NCBI GenBank assembly: GCA_965112735.1
Contig: OZ218953.1
Span: 1,054,001-1,118,000, forward strand
DNA length: 64,000 nt
Direction of reading: 5' to 3'
Source: Phaeosaccion multiseriatum
Lineage: Eukaryota > Protista > Ochrophyta, other classes
Below are positions 37,286-48,427 of this stretch, one piece after another. Below the pieces are notes generated by a model. It was given only the letters and a program-made list of their open reading frames with translations. It was not told the origin of the DNA and searched no databases. A program made the position numbers and the translations under genes. Each line of letters opens with the position of its first letter. The stretch's first letter is position 1.

Positions 37286-37617
37286 TCATCTTGCAGTGCT
37301 GATAGTGTCCATTTTGGTGAGTTGATTGCACGACGCCATGATGGCAATGACCTCCGCGTCGCTGTTCTTGGAGCACTCCATCTCTTCCTTGGCCTCCCTG
37401 CGGAGCCTTCGACGCGTCTTGAGTTCAGCCTGCACGGGGGCGGTTTCGAGGAGCTTCACCACTGCAAGTAGGAGGAGAGGTGCGGGGGGGGGGAAGGGAA
37501 AGTGGAAAAGGAAGGGGAAGGGCAGGGGGAAGGGGATGGGGCGTCGTCGATCAGACGAGTAGAACAGGCGAAAGAAAGACATATCAGTAGCGGCGCAAGT
37601 GAGGGTCGAAAAGGAAG

Positions 37618-37682
<65 letters not shown>

Positions 37683-40600
37683 GAAGGAAGGAAGGAAGGA
37701 AGGAAGGCAGGAAGGCAGGAAGGAAGGGAGGAAGGAAGGAAGGAAGGGAAGAAGGGAGGGAAAGGAAGGAAGGAAGGAAGGAAGGAAGGCAGGAAGGAAG
37801 GATGGAAGGAAGGAAGGAAGGAAGGAAGGAAGGGAGGGAAAGGAAGGAAGGAAGGAAGGAAGGAAGGAAGGAAGGAAGGAAGGAAGGAAGGAAGGAAGGA
37901 AGGAAGGAAGGAAGGAAGGAAGGAAGGAAGGAAGGAAGGAAGGAAGGAAGGAAGGAAGGAAGGAAGAAAGGAAGGAATAAATGAAGGCCGTCACGTCATC
38001 TAGGGGGAAGGTTCGAGCTGTTCAAGAAGAACCGGACGCCCAGCGAAGAACAAACACACACAAGTGAGTGAGCGAGTGAGTGAGTGAATGAATGAGGAGT
38101 GAGTGAGCGCACACACACAAGACAACTTACGGAAGTTTTGATCCAACATAGCGATCACTTCCTTGACGGAGGGGTCGAAGATCTCGAGACGGACAGCCTG
38201 CGACGCAAAAAACAAAATGATGGAAGGGAGGGGTAGAGGAGAGGGAATAGCATGAGACGCCTAAGCTCCCCCACGGCTGCTTGACATCTGACTGCTTGAC
38301 ATCTGACATCGCTTGACGCCGTTCAAAAGCCCAAACCAATGTGAGGGTTTGCTGTGCCCCTCAGCTTTGTACCCCACAACACAGACGTCACGCCCGTCCC
38401 CCTTCCACCCCGTTTGACCCCATCCGACCCCACTAGACTTGGCTGACTGACTGACTCACGTGTTCGGCGTGTCGGAACATGAGCACAGGCAGCAGCGTAA
38501 CCGCCTTCTTGCGCATCGTAGAATTGACGTTGACCTCCATGTCTGCGTTCTGCGCAAGGAAGAGATTGCTTATCTCCTTGTACTTCTCATATGCTGCCGA
38601 CATGGCCGGGCCAGCCACGGGCTCCATCGACATGCTCGAGTTCATCGGCGCGATGATGCGAGCCCCGATCTGAGAGCTCATTCGAAGACTTCCCCTATCT
38701 GGCTTGCTCACGCTACTCCTGTCTGGTCTAAATCGAAGAGAGCCGCGAAAAGAGCTGCGCTGAGAACCTCGCTGGGATCGCTCCTTCTCCTTGCTCTTGT
38801 TAGTGGCACCACTAGCTGCAGTGCCATCAGCTGCCATCCTCACACTGCCTCGATTTGCGAGTCGCAGGGAACCGCGACCCTCCTCAACGGTCCTCCGTAA
38901 GGCGTCGGAAGAGCGTTGGATCTTCTGCGTTACCGTCTGGAGGCGGTTGGCTGGTTTGGCGGGTGGGCGCTCGCGGGGTGGTTTGGCGTACTTTGGTCGG
39001 CCGACGACGATGTCGACGTCATTTTCTTTGGCGTTGGTGTTGCTGTCGGAGTTGTTATCCGCAGAGTTGGCGACGAGAGGGTGGGCCTCACCAGAGTCAT
39101 TGTTGTTGTTGTTGTCGTTGTTGATGTTGTTGCGCACAGAGATCTTGATAGCCTTTGATCGAGGGGAGTAGGCAGTGTCGTCTTCGTCCTCGTCGGCTTC
39201 GACAACAGTCATAGCCTGTAGCCCTTGCCGCTGGCTTTTCTTCTTGCTCATCTGGCTGGGGTCTCCTTCCAGTCCTGTTAGTCCCCCTTCCGCTGCTTGT
39301 GTCCCCCCGCCTCCTCCTCCTCCTCCTCCTCCTCCTCCTCCTCCTCCTCCTCCCCCTCCCCCTTTTTCGACGGAGGGAGGAGAGGACGGTGTTGCCCCCC
39401 CGGGAGGAGTCGACGCGATGCCCCCCCCTGCTGCTGCGCCCTTCCCTCCTCCTTCTTCCTCCTCCGTGCCTGCCGTTGCCTCTACCGACGCCTCTGCATC
39501 TCCTGCTTCTCCAGGCACCTCTACTTCGCCCATTTCAACCATATCCAGCACAAGCTTTCGATAGGCCTCCACGGCTCGGATGAAGGTGTGACTCTCGAGA
39601 CAAATCATGCGCCTCAAATGGTCCTCAAACAGCTTGTCAAGCACAGGGTCATCCATAAAGACGCTCACGGACTCCGGCAAGTCGATCGGACCGACGAGGG
39701 GCGCACTGTCCTCGGGCAACACCTGCCCCGGCTTGTGGGCCTTGCTGATGTGATGCGTACCCCCTCGGGACTGGAAGAACTCCAGCAAGGCGGCGATACG
39801 CCTGTACTTGATCCAGCTGAGCCGACCCCAAAACGCCGTGCCCAAGAACATGAAGATGGTACAGTGCGGGAGGAAGAGGAGGTTGATCTGGGAGGAGATG
39901 TTGAAGCGTGTGTGTTGGTTGACCATGGACAGAATGAAGAAGGAGCCCGACGTAATGGCGAAGGAGTTGAAGGTGATGATGAGCTCCTGTCCGACCCGTA
40001 GTGCATCTGACGGAACGGGGATGGATGGCGGGTGGACGAATGGACGAGCAGCAGTACAGGCGACAGAGCGGGGGAGGGAAGGCGGAAGAGGAGGCGAGAG
40101 GAGACGAGGGGAGGAGGAGGGAGGTGAGGGATCGTGGGGAGTGAAACAGCGTGAACTCTGGGGGGGGGTCTCCGTTTGGGGCCGTCTTGCTTCTTCTTTT
40201 CAGAGAGCCTACAAAGTAATCGCTCGCCCCCTGTCCTCCCTCCCTCCCTCCCTCCCTCCCTCCCTTCGCCTGACTCACTGACTCACTGACTCACCGTTAC
40301 ACCTGATCACTTCCGCCCCTCCGAGGCGGCCGGCCATGATGATGCACACGAGACCGGGCAGGAATATGGGCCACGGCTCGAACGCATAGCAGTACGCAGG
40401 GTGGCTAATCCCGCCAAAGAACTTCTCGAGAATGAGGATCAAGCCCACCACCTCACAGCAGAGCGCGAACACGATCTTCCATCCGAAAGCGCGGTTCAAG
40501 ATGAGCCGAAAGCGATGTCTGTTGGTTGGTTGGTTGGTTGGTTGGTTGGTTGGTTGGTTGGCTTCTTGTTAGATGGATGGAGAGCGAGCCGTTCCGAGCC

Positions 40601-42297
40601 AGGCGTAGAAACGAGGGAGCAGTAGAGGCGAGTGTAGAGGCGACAGAGGAGGAAGGAGGGAGGGCGCTTGCTTCGGTGGGAGAGAGGAGAGGCAAGCCCG
40701 AGACTCCTGCGAAAGACACCTGAACCATGACCCCTGGCTTCTTCTTCCCCCCTCCTGCCCACCCTTTTCATACACCCACTCGGAACCCCACAACAGTCCC
40801 ACTCAGTAGATGTACTTGCCTTCGCTTGGTATTGCCAGTGGCGACAATCAGTCTGATGGCGCGAAGCAGCAATGGCAAACCTGGGCGGGGTAGGGAGGGA
40901 GGGAGGGAGGGAAGGGAGGAGGGAGGGAGGGAGGGAGGGAGGGAAGGAGGGAAGTAGGGAAGGGAGGAGGGAGGGAGGGAGGGAAGAAGGTAGGGACGGA
41001 GGGAGGGAGAGAGGGACGGACGGACGGACGGAGGAAGGGAGGGACGGAGGGAAGGAAGGAGGGAGGGGGGGGGGGGAGGGGGGGAGAGAGAGGGGGGGGG
41101 GGGGGGCAAAGGCTCGGTGAGAGAGAGGGAGGGAGGGCAAGGGGAATACAGAGTCCCGTCTTCAGTGTGCCCCCTGATTCTGCAGGTGGTGCCTCGCTCT
41201 TTGGAGAAAGCATGTGCAGCTGCTCTGTCGCTCTGTGTCTTCCTCACCACTCATTCATTGCGGCCCCGCCCTTCTCCTCATCACCCTTGACCCTGACACG
41301 ACACACATGCTCTCTCCCTATCTCTCTCTCTTGCACAGTCACTCACTCTCTCCCTCTCTCCCTCACACACACTCTCACACACACTCTCTCCCTCTCACTC
41401 TCTCTTTCTCTCTCTCTCTTGCACACTCACTCACTCTCTCCCTCTCTCCCTCATACACTTTCACACACTCTCTCTCTCTCTCTCTCGACTTACAGATGAA
41501 GGGGACGCTTGAAATACCCCCAAGCATGATGTACTCGCAACCGAAATCCCATTTCTCTATCCGGAAGACCTCTTGCCAGACGACGGATATGTTACAGATC
41601 CAGAAGCCGACTGGTCATAGAGAGGATAACGGGGGATGGGAGGCGGAAGTGAAGTGAGTGAACAGAACTGGAGCGGTGGCGCCAGTGTGCTATCACATGG
41701 TGGGGTAGAGGTGGCGAGACTGGGTGAGTAGACGAGGCGGGGAATGCGTGAGACAGAATCAATCAGGCAGACCGTGGGGGGGCTAAGGGGCATGGTTAGG
41801 TTGGCGACGCAGCGTCCTCTCCCTCAGCACTCACCAGTCTGCAGGAGCACAAGCCCCGGAAAGCGCGACCGAACTGATGTTATTGCACAAGACAAGAGAG
41901 ATGGAGGCGCGAAAAAGGGTGGGGGGTGAGCAGTTGGCGATGATAAAACGAGGAACTTTACTCGGACACATCATGTGGCCGGTTGTTGTGGCAGGAGCGG
42001 CGGAATAGGACAACACGCTGCTTACAAAGGAAAAGGGGAGTCATTTGTGAATGCAAGGGCCGAAGGCCCCCCTCTAGCCACCTGCCTCCTCCCTCGCCCC
42101 CGTCTGCTCAAGGTCTCTCAACCCCCCCCCCAAACCTCGTTCCGACATACTCAAGGTCTCTATCCCCTCCCCGCTGCTTCTGAGTACTCACCCACGGGCA
42201 CGTCTCGGTTCTTGAGTATCCACCAGACGTGTGGGGCGACACATACTGGCACTATGACATGGTAAAAGACAATGTACAAGACGGAGAAGACGTGCAT
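37286..42297 (-). CDS. 7TM-RGS protein (seven transmembrane segments + RGS domain). Exons ~42297-42192, ~41874-41835, ~41610-41494, ~40880-40820, 40518-40295, 40006-38460, 38197-38131, 37461-37286
   Basis: Seven hydrophobic segments in the spliced N-terminus, with [11 protein letters not shown] after TM1 and LLRAIRL in TM3. RGS hallmarks [57 protein letters not shown] and [17 protein letters not shown]. Confidence 0.8.
37610..37977. repeat. (GAAA)n/(GGAA)n polypurine tract in the last RGS intron
   Basis: Directly visible. Confidence 0.95.
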
Positions 42298-42551
42298 CCC
42301 AATGCCACCTGCTCTCTACCTGCACTCAATCCTGTCCCCTATTCATTCCTTCCCTCTCCCTACCCTCCCTTTTCCCAGCTGAGTTGGGGCGCCTCCGCCT
42401 GTCCTCTCCACTGCTGCTGTTCAACCGAAAGCAAAGTGATGCGGTCAGTAGCAGCAGGAGCAGCCGCCGCAGCAGCTGCAGTAACGGGGACGGGTCCCTC
42501 TCCTCTCTCTCCCTCACTCCCTCACTCTCACTCTCACTCCCCCTCTCTCGC

Positions 42552-42609
<58 letters not shown>

Positions 42610-42846
42610 TGCTGCTCTCTTGGAACCCCGGCCTCACTGCTAGGTCGTAACTCCCTACGGTGGCAGCAACACCTTATTTTGGCATCGCTTGCAAAAATAA
42701 ATGCATTTGCGGAATGTGCATGGCGGAGACGTTTGAAACGGTGGATCTACATAATCCTTTTGAAACGGCTGCCTCCTCACTTTACTTTTACCGTGTGGAT
42801 GGCACCTGATTGGAGGGAGAATCCCTCCATCCATAGAATATGATAC

Positions 42847-45800
42847 ATGCGAACTCGAGGTGAGGCAGTCGTGTGGCCCTCCAGCTTGCTGCCTCTGCTG
42901 CTGCCCCTGCTGCTCGGAGCACTTCTCCGGCCGCCATCACCTCATGCCTCCTGCAACGCGTTCGTCTCCATGGCTGCGCCTCGAAAGGCACCACTTTCCT
43001 TGCCGCGGACGCCGAACGAGCCGACGACAGGGGTAAGAGGGCAAGGCAGCAGTGGCGGAACCGGCAGTAGCGCCACTCGGCAGCACACGATGCAGAGTCC
43101 TGCACTCTACGACCCGCCCCCAAGCCCGGGTGGTCTGGCCAGCGGCTACACGGCAGTGCTGGTGGTACCTACGGGCATCGGAGCTGCCATCGGGGGATAC
43201 GCAGGCGATGCACTTCCCGTGGCGAGGTGAGGATTGGCTCCTCCTCCATCGCCAATGTCTACTCCATGTGGGCCTCAGAGAAAGGCCCAACACCATATTC
43301 TCGAAATTGCCAGGCATACAAAACGCTGAGCGGCATCCTCCTCCTGACGGATTTTACCTTTCCTTGTGTCTCCCACCCACCCCTGCTTCCCTCCGCCTGC
43401 TGCTGTCCGTTGCTCGACTCGAAACAAGCTCAGGGCTCTGGCCTCCGTCGTGGACACGTTAGTGACCCACCCCAATGTCATGAATGGCGCCATGCTCTCC
43501 GCGCCCCAGAAGGACCTCCTGTATGTTGAGGGCTACGCTCTCGACGAATTCTGTCGAGGAAGGTGAGGAGGAGACGGAGACAGCACGTGGAAGTGGAGGT
43601 ATGGGCACACACACATGCACGTGTATATATGGTAAAATGCGCAGGCCGACCGGCCGCTGTGGCGGTCAGCAGGGCAGCCAAGAGATACATAGACAAAGGC
43701 AGGGGCAGGAGGAGATGAAAGGGCCATTGGGGATGTGAGTAGTCGACAGATCCCACCCCTCACTGATCCCGCTGCCGCTCCTCCTTCCACCTCCTATTCC
43801 ACGATGCTCTGCTTCTTACCGGTGCACCCCTCCCGCCTTCTCCTGCTGTATTACCAACTGTTGCGGCTGCTGCTGCAGATGGGGTCTCGCGCCGCTTGCT
43901 TACGGCGGACATCGCATAGGCCTACTGCTGGACTGCGGTATCGACGAGTCGCTGAAGCTCAGACACATCCAGGTAGGTGGGAGGAGTAAGTGGGAATTAT
44001 ATTGACTTGCAGGAATCAACCTAAGAATTACGCATGTATGTGTGCGTGTGTGTGGGAGGGGAGTGGGGTGGGAGATGCGCGAGGCGCGTCGGGTAGGACG
44101 GACCTGGGTCCATCTATCCATCCACCTGAGGATGGGAAGCAGTAGGTAACTATTGCTGCTGATGTATCCCCAACTGCTGCTCCTGCTCATGGCCGCTTTA
44201 ATTCATGCACATGATATTGATGATGAGGCCGCGACTCCTTATCGGTTTGTTGTTTGCCTCTGCTTCCCACCGCACCCAAACAACTTTGATCCCCTCCATC
44301 CACTGCCATCTATAAGGCCGCCAATGCCGCGAGGGCCACGCTGGGCATCAACGTTGCCTTCGTAGTGGAGACAGAAGAGGTGGGTCCAGGCAAGGTCGAG
44401 CCATGCCATGGAGAAAGGGACTGTTAGAGAGAGAGAGAGAGAGAGAGGTTGACTCTCTCCGTCTCTGTGTCTCTTCCCCCTCTCTCTGTTTCTTCCTCTC
44501 TCTTGTTTTGTAAGCTCTCTTCTCTCTGTCTGTCTGTCTCTGTCTCTTCTCCTTCTGTACACATATACATATCTCTGGGAAGTCTTTCTTAGACCCGCTC
44601 ACTCTTGTACTTGCGTGCCTGTCTATGTGTGCTTGCGTAAGTCTGTATATGTGTGCTTGTGTTAGTACTGGCGTGTCTGTGTATGTGTGCTTGTGTTAGT
44701 ACTGGCGTGTCTGTGTATGTGTGCTTGTGTTAGTACTGGCATGTTTGTGTATGTGTGCTTGTGTTAGTCTTGTCCGTCTCGCATCTCACGTGCCGTGATC
44801 ACGCTCGATCCCCTTCCTCCTCCTCCTCCTCGTCCCCCAGCCGGTTGGTGTGGGCCTGGAAGTATCCAAAAGTGGAGCTTCTTGGGGCACGGTCTCCAAC
44901 ACTGAGACACTCCTCAAAGGTGCCCGACGCCTTGTTAGTGAGGGTGGTTGCACGGCCATTGCCGTCGTCGCCAACTTCCCGGATGATGAAGACGATGAGG
45001 CTGCGCAAGAAATGTTTCAAGCTTATCGAGAAGGAGATGGTACGCAACGAAAGAGAGAGAGAGAGAGAGACAAACTACTAGTACTGCGGCTTCTGCTACT
45101 GCTACCGCTGTTGCTGCTGCGCCTACTAGTGCGGGTGGTGGATGGCGGAGGTGGGGGTGGGGGGGAGCGTTGGTACCTTCCCTCTCATCGAGTTTCGTCC
45201 TCCCTACCCTGGCTTTGCCCTTTCCCGCCTGTGTGGGGGGGGGGTAGGATCCGATCCGGACTACTCAGTCATATCTTTTCTTTCCTCTCTCCGCCTTTGC
45301 AGCTCTGACAGCCTCTCCGCCCCTTCTTCTTCTTCTTCTTCTTCTTCTTCTTCTTCTCTCGTGTGAGAGACAGCACCGCGTGCGCCCTGACTGACGTCTC
45401 TTGCCTTGTGTGTGTGTGTGTGTGCGTGCGTGCGTGTATGTATGTGTGTGCATAATGTGTGTGCGTGCGTGTGTGCCTCTCTCCCTGTGCACAGGTGTGG
45501 ATGCAGTGGGAGGGGCGGAGGCCATCATCTCGCACCTCATCACTCAGGCGCTCCGAGTGCCCTGTGCACACGCCCCAGGTGGGTCCCCCCCTCTTCAACA
45601 TAACGCACTTGTTCGTTGATTCCTATTAGTCAATGAAATGTCCCCTTCTTCTTCCAAGTCTTTCACTCTCTGTCTCTGTATCTCACTCTCTCTCACTGAC
45701 TCCCATGTTCTGTCTCTTCTCTCTCACTCGCAACCCTCCCCATTATCTCTCTCTCCCCTCCTCACACTCTCACTCCTGTTCTCACTCCCCCTCTCCCGAA

Positions 45801-47233
45801 TCAACACACAAACAACAGCATGTCCACCCTTTGAAGCAGATGCCTCAGTCAGCGCCCGCTCATCTGCCGAGGAACTGGGCTACACCTTCCTGCCGTGTGT
45901 GCTGTCCAACCTACACCGAGCCCCCGCTTTGGTCACTCCCTCCTCCCCCCCCCCTCTTCCACCACCACCTCCTCCTCCTCCTCTTCCTCCTCCTCCTCCT
46001 CTCCCTCCTTTTCTTCTTCTTTGAGCCGCGAGGCCGTTACTCCCCACTCACTGATGGCGACGACTGCTTTGTGGGTGGATGCTGTGGATGTAGTGATCGC
46101 TCCGGCATCGGCCTTTGGGGGGGCGGGGGTGCTGAGTCTGCTGGGGAGGAGCCGAGCCGGGGGTGAGTGAGTGAGTGAGTCAGTGAGTGAGTGAGTCAGT
46201 GAGTGAGTGAGTGAGAGTGAGTGAGTGGGTGAGTGATTGATTGAGTGAGTGAGTGAGTGAGTGAGTGAGTGAGTGAGGGAGTGAGGGAGTGAGGGAGTGA
46301 GGGAGGGAGGGAGTGAGTGAGTGAGTGAGTGAGGGACTGAGGGAGTGAGTGAGTGAGTGAGTGAGTGAGAGTGAGTAAGTGAGGGAGTGAGTGAGTGAGT
46401 GAGTGAGTGAATGAGTGAGTGAGTGAGTGAGTGAGTGAGTGAGTGAGTGAGTGAGGGACTGAGGGAGTGAGGGAGGGAGTGAGTAGTGGTGAGTGAGTGA
46501 TTATGTGAGTGAGTGAGTGAGTGTGTTAGTGAGTGAGTGAGTGAGTGAGTGAGTAAGTGAGTGAGTGATTGAGTGAGTGAGTGAGTGAGTGAGTGAGTGA
46601 GTTGAGTGGGTGAGTAAGTAAGTGAGTAAGCGAGTGAGTGAGTAAGTGAGTGAGTGAGTGAGTGAGTAGTGATGAATGAGTGAGTGGTAGGGGGAGTGAG
46701 GAGGGAGGGAGTGGGTGGATGAGTGCGTGGGTGCATGTACGAGAAACCCAGCGAGGGGAGAGAGAGGGGTAGAAGTGTGTGTGGCGTGTGAGAGAGAGTG
46801 TATGTCAGCGTGAGAGACAGCTATCCTGGCCTTCAATGGTGAGAAGAAATCGACATTTCGCCCCCATTCCCCTCCACCCCCCCCAACGCCCTCGGACTCA
46901 TCCCGCTCCACACACACACCACACGTCTCAGGTGGAAAGGTCTTAGCGGTGGCTGTGCAAGAAAACAAAACAGTGATGGAAGCCTCGGCTCCGGCGCTGG
47001 GCCTTGCAGGCAAGGATGACTACATCTCAGTGGGGAGCTATCTCGAAGCCATCGGTCTCGTCGCTGCTCACAAGGCAGGGGTTCTGCCTGCCTGCTTGGT
47101 GGCATCTCCTTCGAGTGCGTGTTCCAGTCCTTCGAGTAGCGGCAGCAAAGGCAGTGAAGGCATCAGCGGCAACACCAGTGGTACAGAGGGAGAAGGAGGC
47201 AGTGACCCTCTCGCGATTCGACGCCTGGACTAA
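42847..47233 (+). CDS. DUF3326 family protein (cyanobacterial/plastid), with one apparent frameshift at C10 45945-45954. Exons 42847-43226, 43434-43562, 43879-43972, 44317-44379, 44841-45039, 45495-45578, 45819-46162, 46932-47233
   Basis: VVPTGIGAAIGGYAGDALP, THPNVMNGA, YVEGYALD, SGASWG, GVDAVGGAEAIISH, PCAHAPA, AEELGYTFLPCVL, AVQENKT, SYLEAIG. Confidence 0.88.
46163..46690 (+). repeat. (GTGA)n array starting at the intron donor
   Basis: Directly visible; it reiterates the GTGAGT donor consensus. Confidence 0.95.
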
Positions 47234-47254
47234 CTGACTGACTGACTGACTGAC

Positions 47255-47285
<31 letters not shown>

Positions 47286-47631
47286 GACAGGTTGTGAGTC
47301 AAACCAAAGCCGCACACTGCACGGACTGCACGAGGCCGGATTAAGGGGATTGTCTGAGCCCTTGATCGTCACCAGGAAGGGCTGTCTGCTTGTGCGCCTG
47401 CCCCTATGCCTACCCACCTGCCACTCTCTCACTCTCTCTCTCTCTCTCTCTCACTCTCTCTCCGTGACCACTTGTGGTCACACTTTCTCCTCCTCTCCCA
47501 ACGGAGGGCAATGGCAAGGGTACCGCAAACAAGCACACCCTCCTGTGCTTGCTGAGACGCTTCGCCCTGCCCTGCCCTACCCGTGCGCGGGCACCGCACC
47601 ACGGACCTGATTGAGACCTTCAGGAGGCGCT

Positions 47632-47664
<33 letters not shown>

Positions 47665-47740
47665 AGAGGGAGAGAGAGAGGGAGAGAGGGAGAGAGAGAG
47701 AGAGAGAGTATGCAAGGGTGGCAGCCGCAGCTCCGATGGG

Positions 47741-48000
47741 AGCAGCAGAGCAGCGGAGCAGTTGGTGATACACAGCAGAGCACAGCAGCACCAGCAGCGG
47801 CAGGGGCAAAGCAGCGTTCGCTTCCTAAGGCGGCTCGTCCGTCCGGACTTGGACCGATGTGTTTGCTGGAGTCCCCAGCCTATCCATCCCCCATAAACAG
47901 GGGGGGGACTCTTCTCAGACCCGCAGAGAGAGCGTTCACATATGCTCTGCTGCTGCTCTGCTGTGTATCACCAACTGCTCTGCTGCTGCTCTGCTGCTGC
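47741..48000. mobile_element. MITE-like inverted repeat with 27-bp perfect arms (47756-47782 and 47954-47980)
   Basis: GAGCAGTTGGTGATACACAGCAGAGCA and its exact reverse complement, with (CAG)-rich imperfect extensions. No TSD identified. Confidence 0.5.
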
Positions 48001-48427
48001 TCAAGACGAGCAGCAGCCGTGGTAAGGGATGGAGCCCCCGACCTCTGCGGTTGGAATACATACCCATCTGTTGGGGGAAATTTGGAAATGCCCCATCTGC
48101 TGCTGCTGGGTGCAAGAGAAGAGACGGCAAGAAGATGCATACTCTTTCTTAGCATCTTGTGTACATAAGATTACATATAATATTAAATTGTTGTCTGTCC
48201 CATCGGGATGCGATCGGGTCGAGCTGCTGCAGCAAAGCCACAGCAAAGCCACGCAAAACAACAGCCTTCCTTTCGCACACGGTTTAGGTGAACCTTCCTG
48301 TAGGCCTCTGTAGGCCTCCATCGCGTGTGCGTTTGTCCTTGGTGGTGCCAAAATTCAAAATTTCTCTCTTTTTTCTTTTTGTTGTTGTCTTCCGTCCGGC
48401 TGCTGTTTTGCTGTTGATTCGTCACGT

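Noticed and set aside
36173-38003. Long ORFs such as (MDGW)n, (HPSI)n and (RKEG)n
   Set aside because: They are translations of stop-free tetranucleotide microsatellites, open in several frames on both strands.
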